A stretch of DNA of 64,000 nt from an uncultured Actinomycetota bacterium (GTDB lineage: Bacteria > Actinomycetota > Actinomycetes > Propionibacteriales > Nocardioidaceae). Of the stretch, positions 29,601 through 37,175 are shown one piece after another (positions within the stretch are counted from its first letter, which is position 1; each line of letters opens with the position of its first letter). A program made the position numbers and the translations under genes. The DNA lies in assembly GCA_963835385.1 (NCBI GenBank), contig CAWIFK010000002.1, positions 255,572 to 319,571 of the forward strand, given 5' to 3'. Under the pieces are notes generated by a model, which saw only the letters and a program-made list of their open reading frames with translations, was not told where the DNA came from and did not search any database.

Positions 29601-30109
29601 AGCACCGACTGCGGTCCTGGCTCGACCTGCTCGCGCTGAGCGCCGGCCACCCGGACGAGAGCTGGACCACGCACGCGATCGGTCGCGGCCGGGGGGCCAT
29701 CGCGGTCGCCGAGTGCGGGCCCCTGGACCACTGCGCCGAGGCCTGGCTGCGCGAGCTCGTGGCCCTCTACGACCGCGGCATGCGCGAGCCGCTGCCACTG
29801 CCGCTGAAGACCGCCGCCGTCTACGCCGACGAGGCCCACCGGCGCCGCACCGGCGCCGGCCGCAACGACCCGCTCTGGAAGGCGCGGCGGGAGTGGGAGA
29901 CCGACCGGTTCTCGCCGACCGGCATCCCCGGGGAGGACGCCGACCCGGCGCACGTGCAGGCGTTCGGCGAGCACGCGCCCTTCGAGTGCCTGCTCGCCGC
30001 CCCGCGTGCGGACGAGGACTGGAACGACGAGCCGCACCGGCTGGGGCAGTACGCCGTCCGGCTCTGGCAACCGCTGCTCGACGGCGGCGAGAGGGTGGGA
30101 CACCTGTGA
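26684..30109 (+). CDS. recC: Exodeoxyribonuclease V gamma subunit
   Basis: 'LQTHRAERTDLLADGLA..L..P..DPF..EVVVVP..GVERWLTQRLS', 'RLSLFGHTRL', 'SVQVHACHG..RQV.VLRE', 'LCTMVPMRSVPHRVVCLLGLDDG.FPR'. Confidence 0.95.
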   Translation: MTLQTHRAERTDLLADGLAALLASPLADPFAEEVVVVPARGVERWLTQRLSHRLGAGVRGGDGVCAGVRFLSPHSLVAMLLGKDGDDPWDPDRLVWPLLDVIDDSLGEQWCATLAAHLGHGVAGEEGVLRRSRRYSVARRLAGLFAGYAVQRPALVADWRQGRDADGTGTALDEDLLWQPELWRRLVPRVDGTPPDVRHAQTLERLRTGGDALDLPPRLSLFGHTRLPVTEVELLGALGELRDVHLWLPQASGVLWDELAGVSAAGPVPRAEDTSVRCVGHPLLGSLGRDARELQRTLAVAPAGSEQAEPPDPRGRPDPSGGDAAEPPGPGSSLLAWLQDDLRANAEPDAGTRAGRVHRPADRSVQVHACHGTTRQVDVLREVLVGLLEDDPTLEPRDILVMCPDIEAYAPLIQAGFGLADLPGAHEGHPGHRLRLRLADRALSSTNPLLAAAATLAELAGGRVTATEVLDLASAEPVRRRFAFTDDDLAQLALWVEQSAIRWGLDARHRGSYGLGLADNTWEAGLSRILLGVAMAEDEHRYVESALPVDDVSSNDIDLVGRFTEYVERLRGFVEAATRAGTIGQWVAALSSGVEQLTAVAPREAWQQAQFDRELARIHASATGQHGDRTPLLLADVRHLLAHRLGGRPTRANFRTGTLTVCTMVPMRSVPHRVVCLLGLDDGVFPRTGSLDGDDALARRPMTGERDVRSEDRQLFLDAILAAKETLVITYTGANEHTGAQRPPAVPLGELLDGLDRTAAGPVRDQVLVKHPLQPFDVRNLVPGDLVADRPFSFDAAALAGAEAARRTRRPVTTLVPEPLPATSAQDVALADLQAFLAHPVRAFLRSRLDVTAPLEAEETRDAIPITLDGLAKWSIGDRLLEEILAGVRPDAGMRAERLRGGLPPGAIGARTLTEVDAELRPLVRHALSLRQGEPRTLDVDVDLGRGRRLTGTVTSVFGNRLVTVTYSRLAAKHRLRSWLDLLALSAGHPDESWTTHAIGRGRGAIAVAECGPLDHCAEAWLRELVALYDRGMREPLPLPLKTAAVYADEAHRRRTGAGRNDPLWKARREWETDRFSPTGIPGEDADPAHVQAFGEHAPFECLLAAPRADEDWNDEPHRLGQYAVRLWQPLLDGGERVGHL

Positions 30110-33100
30110 GCACGACACCGGCCGCGACCGACGGGGCGACCGACGTCGCCCCCGACGGGGCAACCGTCCCCGCGACCGACGGGGCGACCGACGAGCCGGC
30201 CGCCTTCGACATCCGTGGGCCGCTGCCCACCGGCACGACCCTGCTCGAGGCCAGCGCCGGCACCGGCAAGACCTGGACGATCGGCGCGCTGGTGACCCGG
30301 TACGTCGCCGAGGGGGTCGCCACGCTCGAGGAGATGCTGGTCGTGACCTTCGGCCGCGCCGCCAGCCAGGAGCTGCGCGAGCGGGTCCGCACCCAGCTGG
30401 TCGCCGCCGAGCGCGCGCTGGCCGACCCCGCGAGCGCCGACCCCCACGACGAGCTGGCGACGCTGCTGCTCGACGCGCCGGAGGACGAGCGGGCGCTGCG
30501 ACGGGAGCGTCTGCGGGGGGCGCTCGGCGCGTTCGACGGCGCCACGATCGCCACCACGCACCAGTTCTGCCACCTCGTGCTGCGCAGCCTCGGGGTGGCC
30601 GGAGACACCGACTCCAACGCCACGCTGGTGGAGGACCTCGAGGACCTGCTCGGCGAGGTCGTCGACGACCTCTACCTGCGGCGGTTCGGCCCGCTCGACG
30701 ACACGCCTCCGTTCAGCCACGCCGACGCGATGAGGCTCGCGCGGGTGGCGGTGACCGACCCGCAGGCCCGGCTGGAGCCGCGTGAGGCCGGCGACGACGA
30801 CGTACCAGGGCAGCGGGTCGCGTTCGCGCGAGCCGTCCGCGAGGAGCTCGACCGCCGCAAGCGCCGGCTCGGCGTGCTCAGCTACGACGACCTCCTCTCC
30901 CAGCTCGCAGAGGCGCTCACCGACGACGACGCCCCGGCCCGGCAACGCATGCGGCAGCGCTGGCGGGTCGTGCTCGTCGACGAGTTCCAGGACACCGACC
31001 CGGTGCAGTGGCAGGTGCTCGACCGGGCGTTCAGCAACCACGCGACGATGGTGCTGATCGGCGACCCCAAGCAGGCCATCTACGCCTTCCGCGGCGGCGA
31101 CGTGACGACGTACCTCCAGGCCGCGGCCACCGCGACCACCCGCATGACGCTGGACCGCAACTGGCGCACCGACTCCACGCTGCTGGACTCGCTGCAGGCC
31201 GTGCTGCGCGGCGCCACGCTCGGTGACGAGAAGATCGTGGTGCGCGAAGTGCGGGCGAGGCACCAGGGCAGCCGCCTCGAGGGCGCCGGGCCGGCGTTCC
31301 GGCTCCGGGTGGTGCGCAAGGACGTGCTCGGCGCACGGCGCGACCTGTCGGTGACCCAGGTCCGTCCGCACCTGTACGACGACGTCGCCCGCGACATCAA
31401 GCAGCTGCTGACGTCGGGGGCGACCTACTGCGGAGAGCCGCTGCAACCGCGCGACGTCGCGGTGATCGCCTACCGCAACAACGACCTCCAGCAGGTGCAG
31501 CGCGCCCTCGCGGCGATCGGGGTGCCGGCCGTCGTCGCCGGCAGCGGCAGCGTGTTCGCCACGCCGGCGGCGACCGAGTGGCTGCGGCTGCTGGAGGCCC
31601 TGGAGCAGCCGCACCGCTCCGCGCGGGTGCGCAGCGCTGCGCTCACCTCGTTCTTCGGGTACGCCGCCGCCGAGCTCGACGCCGGGGGAGACGGGCTCAC
31701 CGACCGGGTCGCGGAGACCGTGCGCGACTGGGCCGAGCTGTTCGTCTCGCGGGGCGTGGCCGCGGTGCTGGAGGCAGCGGTCGCGGGCGGCCTGACCGCA
31801 CGGGTGCTCTCCCGCGTCGAGGGCGAGCGGCTGCTCACCGACCTGCGGCACGTCGGCCAGTCGCTGCACGAGGTGGCGGTCGGCGAGCGGCTCGGCCTGG
31901 TGGCGCTGCTGACCTGGCTGCGGGCGCAGATGGCCGAGGACAAGGCCGAGGTCGCCTCCGACCGGACCCGGCGGCTGGACAGCGACGCCGCCGCCGTCCA
32001 GCTGGTGACGATCCACGGCAGCAAGGGCCTGGAGTACCCCGTCGTCTACCTGCCGACGCTGTGGGACCGCTACCCGCCCCGGCTGCCGTTCCCGCTGTTC
32101 CACTCCCCGCCGGAGGACGGCGGGCACCGCTGTCTCGACGTGGGCGGCGGGGGAGCGTCGTTCGCGGCGAGCACGGCGCGCGCGCTCGCCGAGGACGACG
32201 GCGAGTCGCTGCGGCTGCTCTACGTCGCGATGACCCGGGCCCGCTCCCAGGTGGTCGCCTGGTGGGCGCCCACCCCGAAGAACACGCCCTCGTCGGCGCT
32301 GCAGCGGATGCTGTTCGGCCGCAGGCCCGGCACCGCCACGGTGAAGGCGTCGCAGGACCTGCACTCCGAGGAGGACGTCGCCCGGATCCTCGGTGTCTGG
32401 CAGGGGGAGGAGGGCGGTCCGGCGTACGAGGAGTCCCGGCTCGCCGGCCTTCCCCCGGTCGAGCTGACCGCGGATGGCCGGAGGCTCGGCGTCCGACGCT
32501 TCACGCGCCGCATCGACACGACGTGGCGGCGCACGTCGTACACCGCACTGAGCTCGTCAGCGCCGGAGCCGCCGGTCCGCGCGGCGGTCGGCAGCGAGCC
32601 CGAGGACCGGCCGAAGGACGACGAGCCGGACCTGGCCGCGCTGGCACTCGCCGCCGACCTCGACGGTGCGCCGCAGCCTTCGACCGACCCGGAGCCGTCG
32701 CCGGACGCGGTGCCCTCGCCGATGGCCGGCCTGCCGGTCGGGGCGACCTTCGGCTCACTGGTCCACGCCGTGCTGGAGCACGCCGACCCGCTGGCCCACG
32801 ACCTGCGTGCGGAGCTGCTGGCGCACATCGACGAGCAGCTGGTCCGGTGGCCGGTGGCCCTGGACCGCGACGAGCTCGCCGACGCGCTGGTGGCGGTGTG
32901 CGACAGCCCGCTCGGGCCGCTGGCCGGTGCCGCGACCCTGCGCGACCTCGCGCTGGCCGACCGGCTGCGCGAGATGGAGTTCGAGCTGCCGCTGTCGGGG
33001 GGTGACGTCCGGGGCTACCCGGCGGCGCCGGTGCTGCTGGGCGACGTCGCGCCGTTGCTGCGCGCGCACCTGGGCGAGGGCGACCCGCTGCTGGACTACG

Positions 33101-33576
33101 CCGACGCGCTGGCCGAGCCCGCCCTGGGCGGTCAGGACCTGCGGGGCTACCTCACCGGCTCCGTCGACGTCGTGCTCCGGGTGCCGTCGGGTGCCGCGCA
33201 CTCCTACCTGGTGGTCGACTACAAGACGAACTGGCTCGGCGGGTTCCCGGGCGAGGGGGGCCCGCCGCTGACCTCCGACGACTACCGGCCGGACAAGCTG
33301 GCGGCGGCGATGGGCCACTCCGACTACCCGCTGCAGGCGCTGCTCTACGCCGTGGTGCTGCACCGGTTCCTGCGGTGGCGCCAGCCCGGCTACGACCCGC
33401 ACGTCCACCTCGGCGGCGTCCTCTACCTCTACCTGCGGGGCATGTGCGGCCCGGACACCCCGCTGGTGGACGGGCAGCCGTGCGGCGTCTTCGCCTGGCA
33501 GCCGCCGGTCGCGCTCGTGGAGGCGCTGTCGGACCTGCTGGACGGCGTCGCGCCGGCGACGGGGGTGCGGGCATGA
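30106..33576 (+). CDS. recB: Exodeoxyribonuclease V beta subunit (UvrD helicase plus PD-(D/E)xK nuclease)
   Basis: 'LLEASAGTGKT', 'LVDEFQDTD', 'IGDPKQAIYAFRGGD', 'TIHGSKGLEYP', 'LYVAMTRA', nuclease 'GSVDVV...VVDYKTN...YPLQALLY'. GTGA overlap. Confidence 0.96.
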   Translation: MSTTPAATDGATDVAPDGATVPATDGATDEPAAFDIRGPLPTGTTLLEASAGTGKTWTIGALVTRYVAEGVATLEEMLVVTFGRAASQELRERVRTQLVAAERALADPASADPHDELATLLLDAPEDERALRRERLRGALGAFDGATIATTHQFCHLVLRSLGVAGDTDSNATLVEDLEDLLGEVVDDLYLRRFGPLDDTPPFSHADAMRLARVAVTDPQARLEPREAGDDDVPGQRVAFARAVREELDRRKRRLGVLSYDDLLSQLAEALTDDDAPARQRMRQRWRVVLVDEFQDTDPVQWQVLDRAFSNHATMVLIGDPKQAIYAFRGGDVTTYLQAAATATTRMTLDRNWRTDSTLLDSLQAVLRGATLGDEKIVVREVRARHQGSRLEGAGPAFRLRVVRKDVLGARRDLSVTQVRPHLYDDVARDIKQLLTSGATYCGEPLQPRDVAVIAYRNNDLQQVQRALAAIGVPAVVAGSGSVFATPAATEWLRLLEALEQPHRSARVRSAALTSFFGYAAAELDAGGDGLTDRVAETVRDWAELFVSRGVAAVLEAAVAGGLTARVLSRVEGERLLTDLRHVGQSLHEVAVGERLGLVALLTWLRAQMAEDKAEVASDRTRRLDSDAAAVQLVTIHGSKGLEYPVVYLPTLWDRYPPRLPFPLFHSPPEDGGHRCLDVGGGGASFAASTARALAEDDGESLRLLYVAMTRARSQVVAWWAPTPKNTPSSALQRMLFGRRPGTATVKASQDLHSEEDVARILGVWQGEEGGPAYEESRLAGLPPVELTADGRRLGVRRFTRRIDTTWRRTSYTALSSSAPEPPVRAAVGSEPEDRPKDDEPDLAALALAADLDGAPQPSTDPEPSPDAVPSPMAGLPVGATFGSLVHAVLEHADPLAHDLRAELLAHIDEQLVRWPVALDRDELADALVAVCDSPLGPLAGAATLRDLALADRLREMEFELPLSGGDVRGYPAAPVLLGDVAPLLRAHLGEGDPLLDYADALAEPALGGQDLRGYLTGSVDVVLRVPSGAAHSYLVVDYKTNWLGGFPGEGGPPLTSDDYRPDKLAAAMGHSDYPLQALLYAVVLHRFLRWRQPGYDPHVHLGGVLYLYLRGMCGPDTPLVDGQPCGVFAWQPPVALVEALSDLLDGVAPATGVRA

Positions 33577-35318
33577 CCGAGCTGTTCGAGGTGAGCGACG
33601 CGGCGGACCGGCGGCTGGCGCTCTCGGCCTCCGGCCTGCTGCGCGAGTTCAACGAGGCCGGCGTGCTGACCGCTGCCGACGTGCACGTGGCGCGGCGTTC
33701 CGGCGCACTCGCCGGCGAGCACGACGAGACGGTGCAGCTCGCCTGCGCGCTCGCGGTGCGGGCCGTGCGGCACGGTTCGGTGTGCGTGGACCTCGCGCAG
33801 GTCGCCGACGTGGCGCCGGACCTGGCGTGGCCCGCGGTCGAGCCGTGGACCGCAGCGGTGGCCGCCTCGCCGCTGGTGGCGGCGGGGGTGCTGCGGTGGG
33901 AGTTCGGGCTGCTGTACCTGGACCGGTACTGGCACCAGGAGGTCAGCCTCTGCGACGACCTGCGCGCCCGCATGTCGCGCCCGCGGCCACCGGTCGACGA
34001 GGCGCTGCTGGACCGGGGCCTGCGACGGGTGTTCCCCGGGTCGACGTACGACGAGCAGCGCAGCGCCTCGCGCCAGGCGGCGTCGCAGTGGACGACCGTG
34101 CTGACCGGGGGGCCGGGCACCGGCAAGACCACCACCGTGGCGGGTCTGCTGGCGCTGCTGGCCGAGCAGGCGGGCGGCGCGGGGTCGCCACCGCTGCGGA
34201 TCGCGCTCACCGCGCCGACCGGCAAGGCCGCCGCGCGGCTGCAGGAGGCGGTCCTGCGGTCGGTGGCGGCGCTGCCGGTGGAGGACCGCGACCGCCTCGG
34301 TGACCTGCAGGCGGTGACCCTGCACCGGCTGCTCGGGCCGCGCCGCGACAACGGCACCCGGTTCCGCCACCACCGCGGCAACCGGCTGCCGCACGAGGTG
34401 GTCGTCGTCGACGAGTCGTCGATGGTCTCGCTGACGATGATGACCCGGCTCGTCGAGGCGGTGCGCCCGGACGCGCGGCTGGTGCTGGTCGGCGACCCCG
34501 ACCAGCTCGCGTCGGTCGAGGCCGGAGCCGTGCTCGGCGACCTGGTCGGAGGGCTGGCCGGCGCCGATCCGTCCCCGGTGACGAGACTGGCGACCACGCA
34601 CCGCTTCGGCGCCGACATCGGCCGGCTCGCGGCCGCGGTCCGCGGCGGGACCGCGCACGACGTGCTCGCCGTGCTGCGCTCCGGTGCGGCGTCGGTGGAG
34701 TTCGTGGAGACCGAGCAGCCGGCCCCGACCCTGCGAACGCCGGTGCTCGAGGCGGCCCTGCGCGTGCGGGCGCACGCCGACGCCGGCGACGCCGCCGCGG
34801 CGGTGCGCGCGCTGGACCGGCACCGGCTGCTGTGCGCCCACCGCGACGGTCCCTTCGGCGTGCAGCACTGGAACCGGCAGGTCGAGCACTGGGTCACCGA
34901 GGCCACGGGAGACCCGCTGCACGAGCCGATGTACGCCGGCCGGCCGCTGCTGGTCACCGCCAACGACTACGGACTCGGGGTCTACAACGGTGACGCCGGC
35001 GTGGTCGTCCGCGCCGGGGACGGGGTGCGTGCGGTGATCGACGGCGCCCATGGCCCGACCAGCTTCGCCACCAGCCGGATCAGCGACGTCGAGACCATGT
35101 TCGCCACCACCATCCACAAGAGCCAGGGCAGCCAGGCCGAGGAGGTCACGGTGCTGCTGCCGCCGGCCGAGTCGCGGCTGCTGACCCGCGAGCTGTTCTA
35201 CACCGCGGTGACCCGCGCGCAGGCGAAGGTGCGCGTCGTCGGCACCGAGGAGTCGGTCCGCGCGGCCGTCGAGCGACGGGCGCGCAGGGCGAGCGGGCTG
35301 CAGCAGCGGCTCGGGTGA
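33573..35318 (+). CDS. recD: Exodeoxyribonuclease V alpha subunit
   Basis: 'LTGGPGTGKTT', 'APTGKAAARL', 'VVDESSMV', 'LVGDPDQLASVEAGAVL', 'TIHKSQGSQ', 'LFYTAVTRA'. ATGA overlap. Confidence 0.96.
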   Translation: MTELFEVSDAADRRLALSASGLLREFNEAGVLTAADVHVARRSGALAGEHDETVQLACALAVRAVRHGSVCVDLAQVADVAPDLAWPAVEPWTAAVAASPLVAAGVLRWEFGLLYLDRYWHQEVSLCDDLRARMSRPRPPVDEALLDRGLRRVFPGSTYDEQRSASRQAASQWTTVLTGGPGTGKTTTVAGLLALLAEQAGGAGSPPLRIALTAPTGKAAARLQEAVLRSVAALPVEDRDRLGDLQAVTLHRLLGPRRDNGTRFRHHRGNRLPHEVVVVDESSMVSLTMMTRLVEAVRPDARLVLVGDPDQLASVEAGAVLGDLVGGLAGADPSPVTRLATTHRFGADIGRLAAAVRGGTAHDVLAVLRSGAASVEFVETEQPAPTLRTPVLEAALRVRAHADAGDAAAAVRALDRHRLLCAHRDGPFGVQHWNRQVEHWVTEATGDPLHEPMYAGRPLLVTANDYGLGVYNGDAGVVVRAGDGVRAVIDGAHGPTSFATSRISDVETMFATTIHKSQGSQAEEVTVLLPPAESRLLTRELFYTAVTRAQAKVRVVGTEESVRAAVERRARRASGLQQRLG

Positions 35319-35345
35319 GCCGGCCACAGCCCGCCGCCCCTCGGC

Positions 35346-36401
35346 TCAGCGCTTGATGACCACCTTCAGCGCCTTCGTCTCCGCGGCGCGGCCGAAGGTG
35401 TCGTAGGCGTCCAGCATGTGCTCGAGCGTGAAGTGGTGGGTGCCGAACTTCTCCGCGGCGAGCTTGTGCTGCGCGACGAGCTTGAGCAGCATCGCGGTCG
35501 TGTTCGTGCTGACCAGACCGGTCGTGATGGACAGGTCCATGATCCACAGGTCCTGCAGCGCCAGCTCCACCGGAGCACCGTGCACGCCGACGTTGGCGAC
35601 CGAGCCGCCCGGGCGGACGATCTTGGTGCAGGCCTCGAACGTCGCCGGCACGCCGACGGCCTCGATCGCGACGTCGACGCCCAAGCCGTCGGTCATGGCC
35701 TTGACCTCGTCGATCCAGCCCTCGGTGCCGTTGTTGACCGTGTCGGTCGCGCCGAACGTCTTCGCCTGCTGGAGGCGGTTCTCGTCGAGGTCGAGCGCGA
35801 TGATCCGGGCGGCGCCGTACAGCCCGGCGGTCATGATCGCAGCCAGCCCGACGGGTCCGGCCCCGACGACCGCGACGACGTCACCCGGCTGCACGCGCCC
35901 GTAGCGCACGCCGATCTCGAAGCCGGTGGGCAGGATGTCCGACAGCATGACGGCGGCCTCGTCGCTGACCCCGTCGGGGAGCTTGTAGAGCGAGTTGTCG
36001 GCGAACGGCACGCGGACGTACTCCGCCTGGGTGCCGTCGATCAGGTGGCCGAAGATCCAGCCGATGCCGGAGGCGCCCTCGTCGGCGAGGCAGTGGGCGT
36101 AGAGCCCCTGGTGGCAGTAGGAGCAGGCGCCGCACGCGCTGATGCAGGAGATGATCACGCGGTCGCCGATGGCGATCGTGGAGACTGCCGAGCCGACCTC
36201 CACGACGGTGCCCACGCCCTCGTGCCCGAGGATGCGTCCCTCGGTCACCGCGGGCACGTCGCCCTTGAGGATGTGCAGGTCGGTGCCGCAGATCGTGGTC
36301 GTGTCGACCTGGACGATGACGTCCGTGGGCTGCTGGATCTCGGGGTCGGGGACCTCCTCCCAGCTCTTGTTGCCGGGTCCGTGGTACACGAGCGCCTTCA
36401 T
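35346..36401 (-). CDS. Zinc-dependent alcohol dehydrogenase (MDR family)
   Basis: 'ICGTDLH', 'GHEGVG', structural Zn 'CGACSYC......C', 'GAGPVG'. Confidence 0.95.
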   Translation of the reverse strand: MKALVYHGPGNKSWEEVPDPEIQQPTDVIVQVDTTTICGTDLHILKGDVPAVTEGRILGHEGVGTVVEVGSAVSTIAIGDRVIISCISACGACSYCHQGLYAHCLADEGASGIGWIFGHLIDGTQAEYVRVPFADNSLYKLPDGVSDEAAVMLSDILPTGFEIGVRYGRVQPGDVVAVVGAGPVGLAAIMTAGLYGAARIIALDLDENRLQQAKTFGATDTVNNGTEGWIDEVKAMTDGLGVDVAIEAVGVPATFEACTKIVRPGGSVANVGVHGAPVELALQDLWIMDLSITTGLVSTNTTAMLLKLVAQHKLAAEKFGTHHFTLEHMLDAYDTFGRAAETKALKVVIKR

Positions 36402-36579
36402 GGGCTTCCTCCGGGGCCGTGGTGGTCCGGTGCTGGTGTCCGGGCTCGCCAGGGACAGCCTGTCTCCGGAGAAGGTCCTCAGACAGGGCAGTACGTCCCC
36501 GCCTCGTCCGGCGATGGTCCCCGCTCCGCACGGGTGAGAGGGGCGTGATCGAGCGGACCCCGGGGTACGGCGTCCCGGC

Positions 36580-37074
36580 TCACAGCACCGTCGCGCCGTA
36601 CATCTCTCCGAGCGGGTCAGAGATCAGCTCGATCCGGGCCCCGTCGGGGTCGCGGAAGTAGATCGAGGTGCCGCTCTCCTCGAGGTACTCCACCCCGGCG
36701 TCGCCGAGGTTGCTCCTGAGCCGCTGCCACTGCTGCGGCTCGACGGAGATCGCCAGGTGGTGCAGACCGCCGAGCACCTCGGCGTACGGACCCAGCTCGA
36801 GCCCGGGCAGGTCGAAGAAGGCGAGGAGGTTGCCGTTGCCGATGTCGAAGAAGAAGTGGTTCGAGCCGGGGTAGTCGCGGTTCTCGAAGATCTCCGTCAA
36901 GGGGAACTCCAGCACCCCCTGGTAGAACCGGACCGTCCGCTCGACGTCGGAGCAGATGAGCGCGGTGTGGTGCAGGCCGCGGGCCGACGAGGGTGGCCGG
37001 TCCGTGGTGCGCAGGTGGGTCGACCGGATGCGCTCGCGTGCGGCCTCGATCGCAGTCAGGTCCAGCCGCGTCAT
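36580..37074 (-). CDS. VOC (glyoxalase/bleomycin resistance) family protein
   Basis: 'GLHHTALICSDVERTVRFYQGVLEF', 'HFFFDIGNGNLLAFF', 'SIYFRDPDGARIEL'. Confidence 0.92.
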   Translation of the reverse strand: MTRLDLTAIEAARERIRSTHLRTTDRPPSSARGLHHTALICSDVERTVRFYQGVLEFPLTEIFENRDYPGSNHFFFDIGNGNLLAFFDLPGLELGPYAEVLGGLHHLAISVEPQQWQRLRSNLGDAGVEYLEESGTSIYFRDPDGARIELISDPLGEMYGATVL

Positions 37075-37175
37075 GTCGCGCCCCCTCGTGCAGGACTGGT
37101 GTCCGTCCCACGTTAGGTCTCGCGCGGGTCCGCGCCCATAGCCCGGGAGGACCACCGCGCGCCCCGGGAAGCGCG

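Noticed and set aside
26947-30105. Apparent 2209-aa RecB fusion
   Set aside because: The first 1053 codons are an off-frame read of recC. The real RecB begins at GTG 30106, overlapping the recC stop.
26381-30163. Very long antisense or alternate-frame ORFs (e.g. 1260 aa here, 20962..24336, 36993..40250, 16964..19048, 57116..59140)
   Set aside because: They are shadows of real genes in high-GC DNA: Arg/Gly/Pro/Ala-rich or composed of reverse-codon residues, with no motifs, and fully overlapping well-supported genes.
26684-35318. Chi-like GCTGGTGG occurrences as RecBCD signals
   Set aside because: Expected by chance in GC-rich Leu-Val codons; no basis for the E. coli Chi acting here.
36545-36564. 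GGGTAC stress-sigma-like hexamer
   Set aside because: It points into the 3' end of the antisense VOC gene, has poor -35 spacing and no downstream gene.
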